From contig JAPLYZ010000012.1 in the NCBI GenBank assembly GCA_026395295.1, positions 65,299 to 129,298 on the forward strand: a stretch of 64,000 nucleotides of DNA. Direction: 5' to 3'. A model generated the notes under the pieces. The model did not search any database. It was not told the origin of the DNA and saw only the letters and a program-made list of their open reading frames with translations. The DNA is from Candidatus Staskawiczbacteria bacterium. Lineage in GTDB: Bacteria > Patescibacteriota > Minisyncoccia > Minisyncoccales > Staskawiczbacteraceae. The position numbers were made by a program, and so were the translations under genes. Positions 43,701 through 53,580 of the stretch are shown here, piece by piece. Within the stretch, counting starts at the first letter, position 1, and the number at the start of each line of letters is the position of its first letter.

Positions 43701-46700
43701 ACAGCGAAGAAAGAGTTGGCAACATTGAAAGGAAACAGAACCCCCGAAGTTAAAACAAGGAAAGCAGAGTTAGAAGCAATTATAAGCAAATTGGAAAAGG
43801 CGAAAAACGATGGAGAGAACAGGATGATAGAAGAAACGCAAAAATATAGTTTAGATTTGGCTGACCTTGCAGTTAAACAGGCTCAAGCTCAAGGACTTGA
43901 TTTGGGAGAATACAATAAGGAAAGTGATGTTTCAGAATGGAACTCATTTAAGGACGATTTTATAACTCAAATATCTGAAAGACCTTACATTGAAAGCAAC
44001 TGGAATGACAAAATTTCAACGATTTTGGACGGAATAATTGCTGATTTTAAAGAACAATTTAAAGGTAGAGTATTAACTCCAACTCCCATTGAAGAGTCGG
44101 CAACAGATATTATAAACTCTTTGTTTGGTGAAGAGCCAGCAAAGCCCGTTTCTCCCTCTATAAATAAGGCAAAACAAGCCACCAGTGAGGCGAATATAGA
44201 GGAGTTGGTAAATACATCAACTCCCGTAGAAATCCCTGTTTTTGAGGAGTCTGGCGCGGTTTATCAAAAGAACGAAAAGAACATTAAAACCGCCAAAGAA
44301 GCGGCAACTGATTTAATCAGAGGATATGTGGAAAGGGGAGATACAATGCAAAGTTTGTCGGAGGGACAAATGGGAAAATACGGAAGCGATTATCAGGCAT
44401 CAGTTGGCGGTTATTTGAATGGCAAGAATGTTGGCAATAAAAAAATAATTGTATTTTCAGTCAACGGAAAGGAGGTTAACGAAACATTTTCATTGAAAAC
44501 AATCTTTGACGAAATAAAGAAAGGCCAACCTGCTCAAAAGAAAACTCAACCTACTCAAGAATTATTCTCCGGATTAAAAACAATTCCAAAAGACACAGTT
44601 TTATTTCACGGAACATCGGGAGAAAATGCAAAGAATATAAAACAGGACGGAGTTTATCAGACTGACGATGTTTATGCTTCTTATGGCAGAGGATTTTATT
44701 TAACAGACGACAAAGCAGTCGCGCAGGATTATGCAGACGAATTGGATAATGGGCAAGTGCTTGAATTTTCAGCAAAGAAAGATTTAAAACTTTTAACTCC
44801 GACAAAAACAGAAAGAGAAGACATCGTTGACCTTACCGGAGAATCGCAGGATGAAATGATACAGCAGTTGTTGGGAGATAATTATGACGGATTTTATCTT
44901 CCGGATATTGGAATTGGCGACGGCTCGCCGCAAGTTGTTTTATATAATAAAACCGGCTTGAATTTTGAACGCAACGACATCAATGATTTGATTTCTTTGA
45001 CACAAAATCTTGATAACGGTATAATTAAATCGTATGGACAACCAAACGAACAATCAAATGACGTTCTTGGGAGTTCACCTGTCGCAGGAACACTTCCCGA
45101 AGCTTTACCAGTGGGCGAAAGACAACCCAGCGACACTGGCGGAGCAGTTGCAGAGCATAGCGGACAAGTGGCACAACGGGGATTGCGTGTCGGCGGCGCA
45201 AGCGCTCGAATCGGATCTCAAGTAAGCAAGACAGAGCAGTTTGCAATAAATAATCAAATTGAAAGTTTAGTTGCAGAAAAGGGCGACAATCCTGACGCTT
45301 ACAGCGAAGAACAAAAAAATCTACTCTCCCAATATTCCGGTTCAGGAGGGCTTGAAGAAGCCGGGGCCAACAACAGAGGTTTATTGGATGAATACTTTAC
45401 CCCACAGAAAGTTGTATCTTTTATTTGGAGTAAATTAAAAGACAGGTTGCCAATTCTCGGCGACTATACAATAGTTGAACCTTCTGTTGGAACGGGAAAT
45501 TTCATTGATGAAGCTCCGGAGGGTACAAACATCGAAGCGTTTGAGATAAATAAAACATCGGCAACAATCGCAAAGGTTCTATATCCCAATGCCGGTGTAG
45601 AGAACGCACCATTTGAAAGTTTATTTATTGACGACAGGGGAAATAAAAAGACGGTCAAGCCGTTTGCTCGTTTGGTTATAGGAAATCCGCCATACGGAGA
45701 ACACAGAGGCATTTATAAAGGGCTTGGCGAAGAACCGCGCATTAATCGCTACGAAGATTATTTTATAAAGCGTGGTTTGGATATTACGCAGGACAAAGGA
45801 TTTGCGGCAATGGTTGTGCCATCGGGATTTTTAAGGACAGCCAGCGATTATGCAAAAAATGAAATTGCAAAACTCGGATATTTGGACTCTGCTTACAGGT
45901 TGCCGAATAATGTTTTTGACAACACCGATATTGGAACGGACATTGTAATTTTACGCAAAGAAGCAGTAACGCCCGAATTTGCATACTCTCTCGCCAACAG
46001 AACACAAACACTTTCAGACGACAATTATTTTAAAGAACATCCCGAAAACATCTTGGGTGTAGAGAAAGAAAGAAAAGGCAGGTTTGGAATGGAGAAATAT
46101 GTGGAGGGGAGCCTTGACTTCACTCCGGCAGAGGAAACCCAGCTCAAAAACGTCGCAAAGAGCAATTCTCCGCAGGGTTCTCTGTTCGATCAGAAAGAAA
46201 TTGTTAAAGAAATTGAAAATGAAATAGACAAGGGAGCAATCAGCAATGAAAAAGAGTTTGTAAAGAATTGGAGCAAGGACGTAAATAAACTGGAATTGTC
46301 GACCCAACCGAAAGTAAATAAGGGAGGCATAACAATTTCTTCTCCAAAGAAAAGCGAAACGCGTTTGGATTTATCAGAATACTATTCTGATATGTCGGAC
46401 GCAGAATTAAGAACCTACACGGAAATAAAACCAACAGGAGAGGGCAACGAAGCGTTGCTCAATGGGGAATTAAGCCCGGAAGATGTAATCAATTACCTCA
46501 ACCTTGAAAATGGCAAATGGTTTAACAACCTTAATTATTTCACTGGCGATATTTATGAGCGATTAGACCAACTCGAAGTAAATAAATCCAAGATGTCGCA
46601 AGGTCAGTATAAAAAGCAGTATGACGGATTGATTAAAGTCCTGCCGGAAAAATACAATGTTGACAGAATAAACATTTCTCCGAACACTCCTTTTGCGGAT

Positions 46701-49700
46701 ATGACTTTAAAGTATGACGGGAAAGATCAGACATTAAAACAATCATTCAAAAACTTTCTATCAACGCTCCCGCGCGATACTTTTGCCGACACTTCGAGAT
46801 ATGAGATTAACGAATATGTGGACGAGCAGTCAGTCAGAGGAAATGACAAGGTCAGAAACCAGACCGTCAGAGTTCAGAGAAGAGAAATTGGCAATCGATT
46901 ATTCTCAAGATTTTTAAGGGAGGCATTAACTCCGGAACAAACAAAGGCAGTTGAGGACAGGTACAACAGGTCTTTCAATAGTTATGTCAGACCGGATTAT
47001 AGGCAGGTTCCGCTTTTGGGAAAAATACACGGAACATTCAAAGGAAATCCTTTGACGATTAAAGACTACCAGTTGCAGGGTATTGGATTTTTGGTGAACA
47101 AAGGATTGGGTTTGATAGCTCACGATGTAGGACTGGGAAAAACAATGCAGTCTATAATTGCCATAAACGAAATGTTAAAACGCGGTTGGGCCAAGAAACC
47201 TTTGATTGTTGTTCCGTCCGGCAATGTTTATACCCAATGGATTAAAGAGGTGCAAGAAATTATACCCGGCATTGAAATCAATGGATTAACCAATTTGGGA
47301 GGCGCATTTGCCGGCGACCTTTCAACACTGGAAATCAAACCCGGCACAATTTCTATAATCACTTACGAGGGATTTAAGAAACTGGGATTTAAACAGGAAA
47401 CCTATAACGACCTTACCTCTGAATTACAAGACACAATAGAAGCTCCCACAGGCCTTACAACCGCACGAGCGAAACAAGCCGAGCAAGCTAAGGTGCAAGA
47501 GACCATAGGCAAAGGAATCAAGGGAACACTCGGGGCAAAGACCTTTGAGGATTTGGGCTTTGACTTAATGATGATTGACGAGGTGCAGAACGCAAACCAT
47601 ATCATTAAGGGAGCCAAGTTGCAGGAAGCCGGCAAAGCCAGTGAGTTCAGGGGTTTGAATATCAGACCGTCAGAATTGGGAATTAAAGCGTGGCTTGCTT
47701 CGCAATATATTTTGAAAAATAACAACAACAGAAATGTCTTTTTGGCATCGGCAACTCCTTTCACAAATAATCCAATGGAGTATTATTCGGTTTTATCTTT
47801 GTTGGCCCGGGAGAGAATGAAGAAGTCCGGATTAAAGAACGTCAACGAGTTTATGAATACCTTTATGGACATCTCGTTTGATTTTGAAATTACAGCGGAC
47901 GGGAAATACAAAGAGAGAAATAATATAAAGGGATTTAAAAATTATCAGCAATTCCAAAAAATACTCACAGAGTTTATTGATTTTAGGGACGGAGAGGAGG
48001 TTGGCATACAGAGACCGAACAGATTGTCTTTGCAGACAACCTTGAAAGCAACCAAAAACCAAGTGGACTTAATGACTTCCGCGCAGGAATTGTTTAACGA
48101 CAAGAATAAAAACAAAGGCGGGGCATTGAAAGGCGTGGGAGAAATGAGAGCGATTACATTCAGCCCTTATGCCTCTTCGTATTATAAAGGTGCTCGCCCA
48201 ACATACGAGAGTTTTGTAAATAACAGCCCAAAGGTTAAAGCCGTTGTAGAAATGGTGATACAGAACCATTCCGACAACAAAGACGCGAACCAAGTCATTT
48301 ATTCTCCAATCGGCGTGGAATATCTGCCGATGATTAAAGATTACCTTGTTCAGAAAGGCGGTTTTAAGGCAGACCAAGTCGGTATTATAACCGGATCGGT
48401 TAAGGGAGACGAAAGAGTGGTTATCCAAGACCGATTTAACGAGGGCAAGGTAAAGGTTCTTATAGGCTCTGATGCAATTCAGGAGGGAGTTAATCTGCAA
48501 CGCAAGTCCACTGATTTATATATTATGGCATTGCCGTGGAACTTCACTGAATTAAAGCAGGTAACGGGCAGGATTTGGAGGCAGGGCAACGAATGGAAAA
48601 ATATCAGGGTTCACAATGTCTTTATAGAAAACAGCGTTGACGTTTTCCAGTCGCAGAAATTGGAAACGAAACAGAACCGCTACGAAAACTCCTTGAAATT
48701 CAAAGGGGATTATCTTGATGTAGGAGACATCGACTTTGACGAATTGAAAATGGATTTAATCAGCAGTCCGGTAATGAGAGTTGCCATAGAAAAATCTATG
48801 GAACAGAGGACAAGAGAAAGAACATTAAACGAGGCAAAATCCAATTTGGGATTTTATTCGAGAAAAGCCGACAAACTTTTAAACGCTCAAGAGGATTTGG
48901 ACAGTGCAAGACAAAATGTCGTTCAATATACAGAATGGGCAAAAGGAGAAAAAGACGAATACTGGTCAAAGAGAATTGCAGAGGCCGAATCCGCCTATGC
49001 CAAAAAACAAAAAGACTACGAAGCCGTTAAAAAAGATGTTGAGGATAAAGGACTGATTGATTTAAACCAGCTCAAGAGTTTAGAAAATAATGTCGCAAAC
49101 GGACAGAAGAGTTTGGACGCATTAAATAAAGATTTCAAAACCAAAGAAGATGCGGCAGTCAAGCAGGAAACAGCAAGGGTTCAGGAAATTACAACCACCG
49201 GTAATGATTATAAACAGATTAGGGGTAATTTGGCAGAGCAAAATAAAACATTCTTTATAAAGAACGAAGCCCCGGCCAATGTTAAGAGAAGTCCGGCTGG
49301 TTTGGCTTCTGCCGGTGGCAGTAAAATAGGGAACTTCGAGCAGATAACTTCTCCGGACGAGGCAGACAAATTGAAAATCTATGACGAGGTTAAGGCGTTG
49401 ATTCAAAAATACGCTCAATCTATCGGTGAAAGTTATCTTCCGCGTGGAGCCGCAGGCGTGTTATACCAGTCAGGCAACATCAGAGTAACGGGAATGAATG
49501 CTTTGTCTGTGGCAACCCACGAAATAACACACTTTTTAGATAAGGCGTTTAAGATTTCAGATCAGATTATGGGAGTTCAGGGAGTGAGCAGAAGCGGCAG
49601 ACCGGTGTATGAAAAGACCACAGCAAAATTAAGAAAGGAAATGACGGATTTATACAATAAGTATTATCCGACAGCCAAAAAATCTCACAAATTAAGCAAG

Positions 49701-52469
49701 AGAATGCTTGAGGGTTTTGCAACCTTGCTGGAAAAATACATTGAACAGCCGACAATGATTTCGGGAGAATTTCCAAACCTTGTCAGAGAGTTTTTAACTC
49801 CGGACGGTTCTTTCTATGAACCGGTGATTGGAGACATTATAAAAGATGTCAAAGGAATCATTGGGAGATACCAAAAATTAAGTCCGTTGGATAAAATCGG
49901 AGCAAGAATTATAAACGACAAGGTCAATGTAAATAAAGAGAGTTTTTTAAATCTCTATGAAAAGATTAAGACCTTTATTTTCCACAACATTTATCCGATT
50001 GAGGTTTTGTCAAAGAAGTCCGGCACGCACTTTACAGCCAACGCTCCGGATTTGTGGCTTACCCAGTACAACAATTCCAACGCTATAATCACAAACAACC
50101 TTATGGGAAAGAAAGGATATTGGGCTTGGAAAGACGGCGTGATTACAAAGATGTTTGATTTTAACTGGAAAACTCTTGTCGATAAAATGCGAAAGGACAA
50201 AGTAGATGTGCCTTTTGGAAATTATTTAATCGCAAGAGACCAGTACTACAATTATCAGGAACTCAAAAGAATAAAACAAGAAATCGACGCGCTGGAAAAA
50301 CAGCAAGAAAACGGCGACGACTTAACCAAAATAATATCTGACACTGGCATAACCGCCGCAGACCAGTTGGCTTTGTTGCAGGATAAATATGCAAAAGAAG
50401 CAAAAGTTTTGGAAAACAACGGCTTTACAGAGCAGGAAGTAACCGATGCTTATTTGGCCGGACAAGATAAATTTACTGAACTGGAACAAATGCACGACAC
50501 GCTGACAAAAGCGGACTTGGCGTTTTTGCACCAGCCATTCATTCAATTATTAAATGACGAGGAATACTCCAACTTAACTGATAAGGTGGGCTATGCCTCT
50601 ATGAAACGCGCGTTCTACGACGAAATAGCAGGAGAGGAAGGGGGTGTGGTAATGGCAAAACGTCCGGGAGGGGTTAAAGCATCTTCCTTAATGCACAGAA
50701 AGGGATCAGAGAGGGCTATATTGCACCCTGTCTATTCCGGTATGATGAACCACGCTGAAATTACGCGCAAAGGATTAAAACAAATTGTCTATAACAAAAT
50801 TGGAGATGTAGCCGAGAAGTTCCCGGAGTTAATGCAAAGGTTGCAATTAAAGGTTATTCCCGATGTGGACGGAGCTTTGCATTTCCCTCAGGAAAAAGAC
50901 AGCAATATTATAATGGCTCGCAAAGATTATAAACGAAGCCCGATTTTGGTTGACGAACAAATTAAAAGAGTTGTGGACGAGGTTTTGACTTTCCAAAATA
51001 TCAACATATTTGAAAAGTTGGTTGTGTCCGTAAATAGGATTTTCGTTAAAGGAACAACCGGACTATATACTCCTTTCGCTATTGCAAACTGGACGGTTGA
51101 CCAATCATCTGCAACAGCACAGACAAGAAATAAATATCTACCAGTGTACGACCAACTCACGAAATTGGAAAAGGCACTCAATCCGCGCAATATAGAACAC
51201 ACTTACGCTTTGGAATATATGATTGCCGGAGGCGAACGACAAACCTTTGCCGGACATCAGGACGCTTCGCCGAATGAATTGTTTGACATTATACAAAAAA
51301 ATAGAAAAGGAGTTTTAAAAATGCTTGACCTCGTCAATGGAGGTTTCAGTTTGCTGGCTGTGCCGTCTCAATACTCTGAACTCTCAACAAGAATGACGGA
51401 ATATATTAAGTCGAGGCTTGCTGGCAAGCCGTCTATTGTTGCTTTGGAAGAAGCAGGCAGGGTTTCGGCTCCGTTTCACCACATTGGGAGTTGGGGAGGA
51501 GGCAGATTTTGGAAGACGTGGATTAAATCCATTCCTTTCGCCAATGCTTCTTTTCAGGTTTTGGCTCAAGAGTTGGAAACATTGGAAACACCGGAGGGCA
51601 GAAAGAGATATTTATTCGTTATGTTAGCGACCATTGCCGCCGCCATTGCCGGAATGCTATATACTTTCAGTGCGGCAACCGAAGAGCAAAAGCAATTATA
51701 CACGGACTTAAACCCCGATGACCTTTCAAGATACATTTATCTGCCGAATCCGAACGGCAAGAGTTTGATTAAAATAAGGGTTCCGCAAGAAATGGTTTTT
51801 ATCGGCACGATTATAAATATGACGATTATGGACAGAATGGCGAACGCAAATTACACCGCAGGAGAGTATGTGAATGCTGGCACAGCTTGGCTTCCACAGC
51901 AGTTGAATATAACACAGCCGATCAGAATGTTCTTAAATTGGGTTCCTCAATTTATCAAGCCGGCATTTGAGACAATCGCCAATGTTAAAGACTATCCAAA
52001 AGTTATGCCTCTCGAGAGCCAATCACAGACGGCAAAGCAACCGGAGAACAGATTTACACCAGCGACTTCGCCTGTGGCAAAGTGGCTCGGCCAGACATTT
52101 AAACTTTCTCCGATTAAGATTGATTATTTATTGACCGGATATGTGGGCAGAGCTTCGGGAATGGTAACCGGCAAGATACAAAACTACAATCCTTTCAGCT
52201 CAATGAACCAAGATTATTATTTTGATTCGGGCCGAAAATTGCAGACCTACTACGATTTGAGAGACAAGAATAACCAACTTTACAGCGATTACAAAAACAA
52301 GAGAACGGTTTTAAGTAACAAAGAGATTTCAGCAATGATTGTGCAAAAAGCCAAACTGAAAGCCATTGATAATTTGATTCAGACCTACGGAACGCTTAAC
52401 CCGGACAAACAACCAAAGACATTGCAGATTTTCAGAAACAAAATAATTAACTCAATCAACAAACTATGA
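40758..52469 (+). CDS. Giant polyvalent virion/effector protein (3,903 aa): membrane-active N-region, ART-like domain, N6-adenine MTase, SNF2 helicase, HExxH peptidase, C-terminal TM
   Basis: LFH(1284)GTS..YGRGFYLTDD..PQVVLYN; VEPSVGTGNF and N(1643)PPY; GLGK(2128)T, D(2274)EVQ, SATP, GSDAIQEGVNLQ, QVTGRIWRQGN; H(2921)EITH; TM helix YLFVMLATIAAAIAGMLYTF. Confidence 0.75.
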   Translation: MSLFDDYKNNQGLAVPVETPTLVAKTENPFQKAWDFVTQKKLAQIPAPKSTGTLFDQYQAEKNAVPIETTPGKTPMLQDYFNANNIEQVGWVDLESKGLMTPDLEKLKKAGFAPPVSETPVTKPTPAPVYKGLTTDQSQKLNENIDLAKNPPKIDTSLKISAPAIGEWVDTPSMSWTPEETKKALDKAFVHPDTGSPRDLQMRQIAYDTMKAKIDPVSSLFFDNFLPTKVIFALDRDGALVNEARQKINDEFSNAHPFLSILPVAVAQLANLALIGKSGGGFGLAEKTTATAGRLSNWMPNVVRMIGLGAESGSIFGIVSGISEALNQAEQQNFQPKKLLTETLKGVGTGSTLGIAGGAPQLWQRVLGSGGTLVSLSALQGYMQDGKIDAKDIANITINGILGAGFELIGGRAKTNIFSTKEQIRLGRDVTTAKLMENPAGTAPKTWTEAQGELVALEQLPKMIYDLGREETIKGMIAKHPDMTVQQANKMYDDITALPRALATGYGAKMAPYYQQIPKDFYGADVQIQKDYFTTVRKGVMEDGLTIPQSIDVANQTFTPKIFYSHPEATTPVDIHAENQATQAEANKMLQAKTGTPIELTGWNTSVGGKDSGFRSPDRYESQAYSASKMQFSNKGEVNVNKTTDKLNNPYVANDQTEVLKFLGNTDLVKRTAEELKNTSSLSPNKPIVVEADNYIRTELLKQGYDGVIYKNNGRRPEYQVFNVKKQLGVGETKALIASGDQQAISDEVNKRLEDFRQKADLMASNEGAGVRQYSSDQSVGETKIYNYFKLDRAKSDMFKQAKQLKQYAHELLYENDPLYKELYDKKVSLEESNLNAATDEIDVQKMFEDISKEEKILTNNLNKYETSKDTPTFAPSEGVKAKGTGQTQPAQEKQTPTSEVKSQVQKPQEGQKLPTSEVITPEALSAIESKVTGIVEEIKKGRPTPAEMLEKTPSDYSEIWSNGFDYYRENISTPAENEIKTAKKELATLKGNRTPEVKTRKAELEAIISKLEKAKNDGENRMIEETQKYSLDLADLAVKQAQAQGLDLGEYNKESDVSEWNSFKDDFITQISERPYIESNWNDKISTILDGIIADFKEQFKGRVLTPTPIEESATDIINSLFGEEPAKPVSPSINKAKQATSEANIEELVNTSTPVEIPVFEESGAVYQKNEKNIKTAKEAATDLIRGYVERGDTMQSLSEGQMGKYGSDYQASVGGYLNGKNVGNKKIIVFSVNGKEVNETFSLKTIFDEIKKGQPAQKKTQPTQELFSGLKTIPKDTVLFHGTSGENAKNIKQDGVYQTDDVYASYGRGFYLTDDKAVAQDYADELDNGQVLEFSAKKDLKLLTPTKTEREDIVDLTGESQDEMIQQLLGDNYDGFYLPDIGIGDGSPQVVLYNKTGLNFERNDINDLISLTQNLDNGIIKSYGQPNEQSNDVLGSSPVAGTLPEALPVGERQPSDTGGAVAEHSGQVAQRGLRVGGASARIGSQVSKTEQFAINNQIESLVAEKGDNPDAYSEEQKNLLSQYSGSGGLEEAGANNRGLLDEYFTPQKVVSFIWSKLKDRLPILGDYTIVEPSVGTGNFIDEAPEGTNIEAFEINKTSATIAKVLYPNAGVENAPFESLFIDDRGNKKTVKPFARLVIGNPPYGEHRGIYKGLGEEPRINRYEDYFIKRGLDITQDKGFAAMVVPSGFLRTASDYAKNEIAKLGYLDSAYRLPNNVFDNTDIGTDIVILRKEAVTPEFAYSLANRTQTLSDDNYFKEHPENILGVEKERKGRFGMEKYVEGSLDFTPAEETQLKNVAKSNSPQGSLFDQKEIVKEIENEIDKGAISNEKEFVKNWSKDVNKLELSTQPKVNKGGITISSPKKSETRLDLSEYYSDMSDAELRTYTEIKPTGEGNEALLNGELSPEDVINYLNLENGKWFNNLNYFTGDIYERLDQLEVNKSKMSQGQYKKQYDGLIKVLPEKYNVDRINISPNTPFADMTLKYDGKDQTLKQSFKNFLSTLPRDTFADTSRYEINEYVDEQSVRGNDKVRNQTVRVQRREIGNRLFSRFLREALTPEQTKAVEDRYNRSFNSYVRPDYRQVPLLGKIHGTFKGNPLTIKDYQLQGIGFLVNKGLGLIAHDVGLGKTMQSIIAINEMLKRGWAKKPLIVVPSGNVYTQWIKEVQEIIPGIEINGLTNLGGAFAGDLSTLEIKPGTISIITYEGFKKLGFKQETYNDLTSELQDTIEAPTGLTTARAKQAEQAKVQETIGKGIKGTLGAKTFEDLGFDLMMIDEVQNANHIIKGAKLQEAGKASEFRGLNIRPSELGIKAWLASQYILKNNNNRNVFLASATPFTNNPMEYYSVLSLLARERMKKSGLKNVNEFMNTFMDISFDFEITADGKYKERNNIKGFKNYQQFQKILTEFIDFRDGEEVGIQRPNRLSLQTTLKATKNQVDLMTSAQELFNDKNKNKGGALKGVGEMRAITFSPYASSYYKGARPTYESFVNNSPKVKAVVEMVIQNHSDNKDANQVIYSPIGVEYLPMIKDYLVQKGGFKADQVGIITGSVKGDERVVIQDRFNEGKVKVLIGSDAIQEGVNLQRKSTDLYIMALPWNFTELKQVTGRIWRQGNEWKNIRVHNVFIENSVDVFQSQKLETKQNRYENSLKFKGDYLDVGDIDFDELKMDLISSPVMRVAIEKSMEQRTRERTLNEAKSNLGFYSRKADKLLNAQEDLDSARQNVVQYTEWAKGEKDEYWSKRIAEAESAYAKKQKDYEAVKKDVEDKGLIDLNQLKSLENNVANGQKSLDALNKDFKTKEDAAVKQETARVQEITTTGNDYKQIRGNLAEQNKTFFIKNEAPANVKRSPAGLASAGGSKIGNFEQITSPDEADKLKIYDEVKALIQKYAQSIGESYLPRGAAGVLYQSGNIRVTGMNALSVATHEITHFLDKAFKISDQIMGVQGVSRSGRPVYEKTTAKLRKEMTDLYNKYYPTAKKSHKLSKRMLEGFATLLEKYIEQPTMISGEFPNLVREFLTPDGSFYEPVIGDIIKDVKGIIGRYQKLSPLDKIGARIINDKVNVNKESFLNLYEKIKTFIFHNIYPIEVLSKKSGTHFTANAPDLWLTQYNNSNAIITNNLMGKKGYWAWKDGVITKMFDFNWKTLVDKMRKDKVDVPFGNYLIARDQYYNYQELKRIKQEIDALEKQQENGDDLTKIISDTGITAADQLALLQDKYAKEAKVLENNGFTEQEVTDAYLAGQDKFTELEQMHDTLTKADLAFLHQPFIQLLNDEEYSNLTDKVGYASMKRAFYDEIAGEEGGVVMAKRPGGVKASSLMHRKGSERAILHPVYSGMMNHAEITRKGLKQIVYNKIGDVAEKFPELMQRLQLKVIPDVDGALHFPQEKDSNIIMARKDYKRSPILVDEQIKRVVDEVLTFQNINIFEKLVVSVNRIFVKGTTGLYTPFAIANWTVDQSSATAQTRNKYLPVYDQLTKLEKALNPRNIEHTYALEYMIAGGERQTFAGHQDASPNELFDIIQKNRKGVLKMLDLVNGGFSLLAVPSQYSELSTRMTEYIKSRLAGKPSIVALEEAGRVSAPFHHIGSWGGGRFWKTWIKSIPFANASFQVLAQELETLETPEGRKRYLFVMLATIAAAIAGMLYTFSAATEEQKQLYTDLNPDDLSRYIYLPNPNGKSLIKIRVPQEMVFIGTIINMTIMDRMANANYTAGEYVNAGTAWLPQQLNITQPIRMFLNWVPQFIKPAFETIANVKDYPKVMPLESQSQTAKQPENRFTPATSPVAKWLGQTFKLSPIKIDYLLTGYVGRASGMVTGKIQNYNPFSSMNQDYYFDSGRKLQTYYDLRDKNNQLYSDYKNKRTVLSNKEISAMIVQKAKLKAIDNLIQTYGTLNPDKQPKTLQIFRNKIINSINKL

Positions 52470-52612
52470 TTAAGTGGTTTTTCACTGCTATCCCTCTGCT
52501 CTTCCTTGCTTATTTGATTGGGTACTTGTTGCTTTGGGTGATGTGGCAGTTTATATGGCTTTGGCCGATTGGCTATATATTCTGCTGGTGGGTTCGTAAA
52601 AAATTAAATTAG
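52466..52612 (+). CDS. 48-aa Trp-rich hydrophobic peptide
   Basis: Read by eye: MIKWFFTAIPLLFLAYLIGYLLLWVMWQFIWLWPIGYIFCWWVRKKLN*; ATG overlaps the stop of the giant gene (ATGA). Confidence 0.4.
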   Translation: MIKWFFTAIPLLFLAYLIGYLLLWVMWQFIWLWPIGYIFCWWVRKKLN

Positions 52613-52644
52613 ACGGCGCGCTTTTAAAAGGCGACAAAAAATAT

Positions 52645-53580
52645 ATGGACAAAATAAATAAAATGATGATGGATTCTTTTAAGAATATCTTTGAGATTAT
52701 CTTAAAAGAAGCCGAAACAAAGGTTCAGGCGTCCGGCATAGACCCGGTCTCTAAAAGGGGCAAGGCGTTGGTTTCCGTTATTTATAAGAAAGTTTTGTCG
52801 AAACTCGGCATTGATTTGGAGCAATACACCACAGAAGAGTTTAAATTGTTTTGGGAAAAAAACAAGGCAGAATTGATGAGTGAATTATCTTTAAAAATAG
52901 ACAATGCATTATCTCGCGATAACAAAAAACAACAGGAATTAGAAAATAAAATTGAAGAAATTGGGATCCGTTCTATTAAATGGGAAAAAATTAAAAATAT
53001 TCCGCCCGATCTATTTACCAAGATTACCGAGGACACAAAAGCAAGGGGAGATATTGCCTTACTTTTCAAAAATGTAATGTCGGTTAGGGAGAATTTAACC
53101 AATTATATCAACACAAAAATTGCTAGTCTTAAAATTTGGCATAAGGATTTGCAGGGAGTTGGCCCGGATGACCATCACAAGGAAAAACACACGCTGGAAA
53201 GCCACCTTGATTCAAAATTACTGAATGAGATCAAAAATTTGATAAATAATCCTCCTGTGGCGAAGTACTTTCGTGGAGGTGGAGATACAGTGAAAGCCGG
53301 AAGTGGTGTGACTATCACGGAGAATGCCGATGGCACGAAAATTATCTCAACAGGGACCACAACAAATATTGTAGATGATGAAACTCCGACAGGCGACATA
53401 GACGGAGCGAATCAAATTTATACATTAGCCCATACTCCTATTACCGGCTCGTTAAAATTATATGTGAACGGCCAGAGGATGACGGCTGGTGGAGTCGATT
53501 ATACATTAACAGGTAATTCAATTTCAATGGTGACTGCGCCTATGACCGGCTCAATACTGTTGGCTGATTACCGCTTCTAA
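52645..53580 (+). CDS. Phage fibre/structural protein
   Basis: C-terminal beta-sandwich pattern (PTGDIDGANQIYTLAHTPITGSLKLYVNGQRMTAGGVDYTLTGNSISM) common in fibre and collar proteins. Confidence 0.45.
   Translation: MDKINKMMMDSFKNIFEIILKEAETKVQASGIDPVSKRGKALVSVIYKKVLSKLGIDLEQYTTEEFKLFWEKNKAELMSELSLKIDNALSRDNKKQQELENKIEEIGIRSIKWEKIKNIPPDLFTKITEDTKARGDIALLFKNVMSVRENLTNYINTKIASLKIWHKDLQGVGPDDHHKEKHTLESHLDSKLLNEIKNLINNPPVAKYFRGGGDTVKAGSGVTITENADGTKIISTGTTTNIVDDETPTGDIDGANQIYTLAHTPITGSLKLYVNGQRMTAGGVDYTLTGNSISMVTAPMTGSILLADYRF

Noticed and set aside
40999-51627. Dozens of 60-140-aa ORFs on both strands inside the giant gene
   Set aside because: All are nested in one continuous 3,903-codon frame that carries multiple strong enzyme motifs. 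Their translations are low-complexity and lack motifs.
40758-52469. The giant ORF as a conventional tape-measure protein
   Set aside because: Its size and position are compatible, but I see no tail-tube, sheath or chaperone-frameshift genes nearby. More than half of the protein consists of enzyme domains (MTase, SNF2, HExxH) not expected in a tape-measure protein. A dual role is kept only as a hypothesis.
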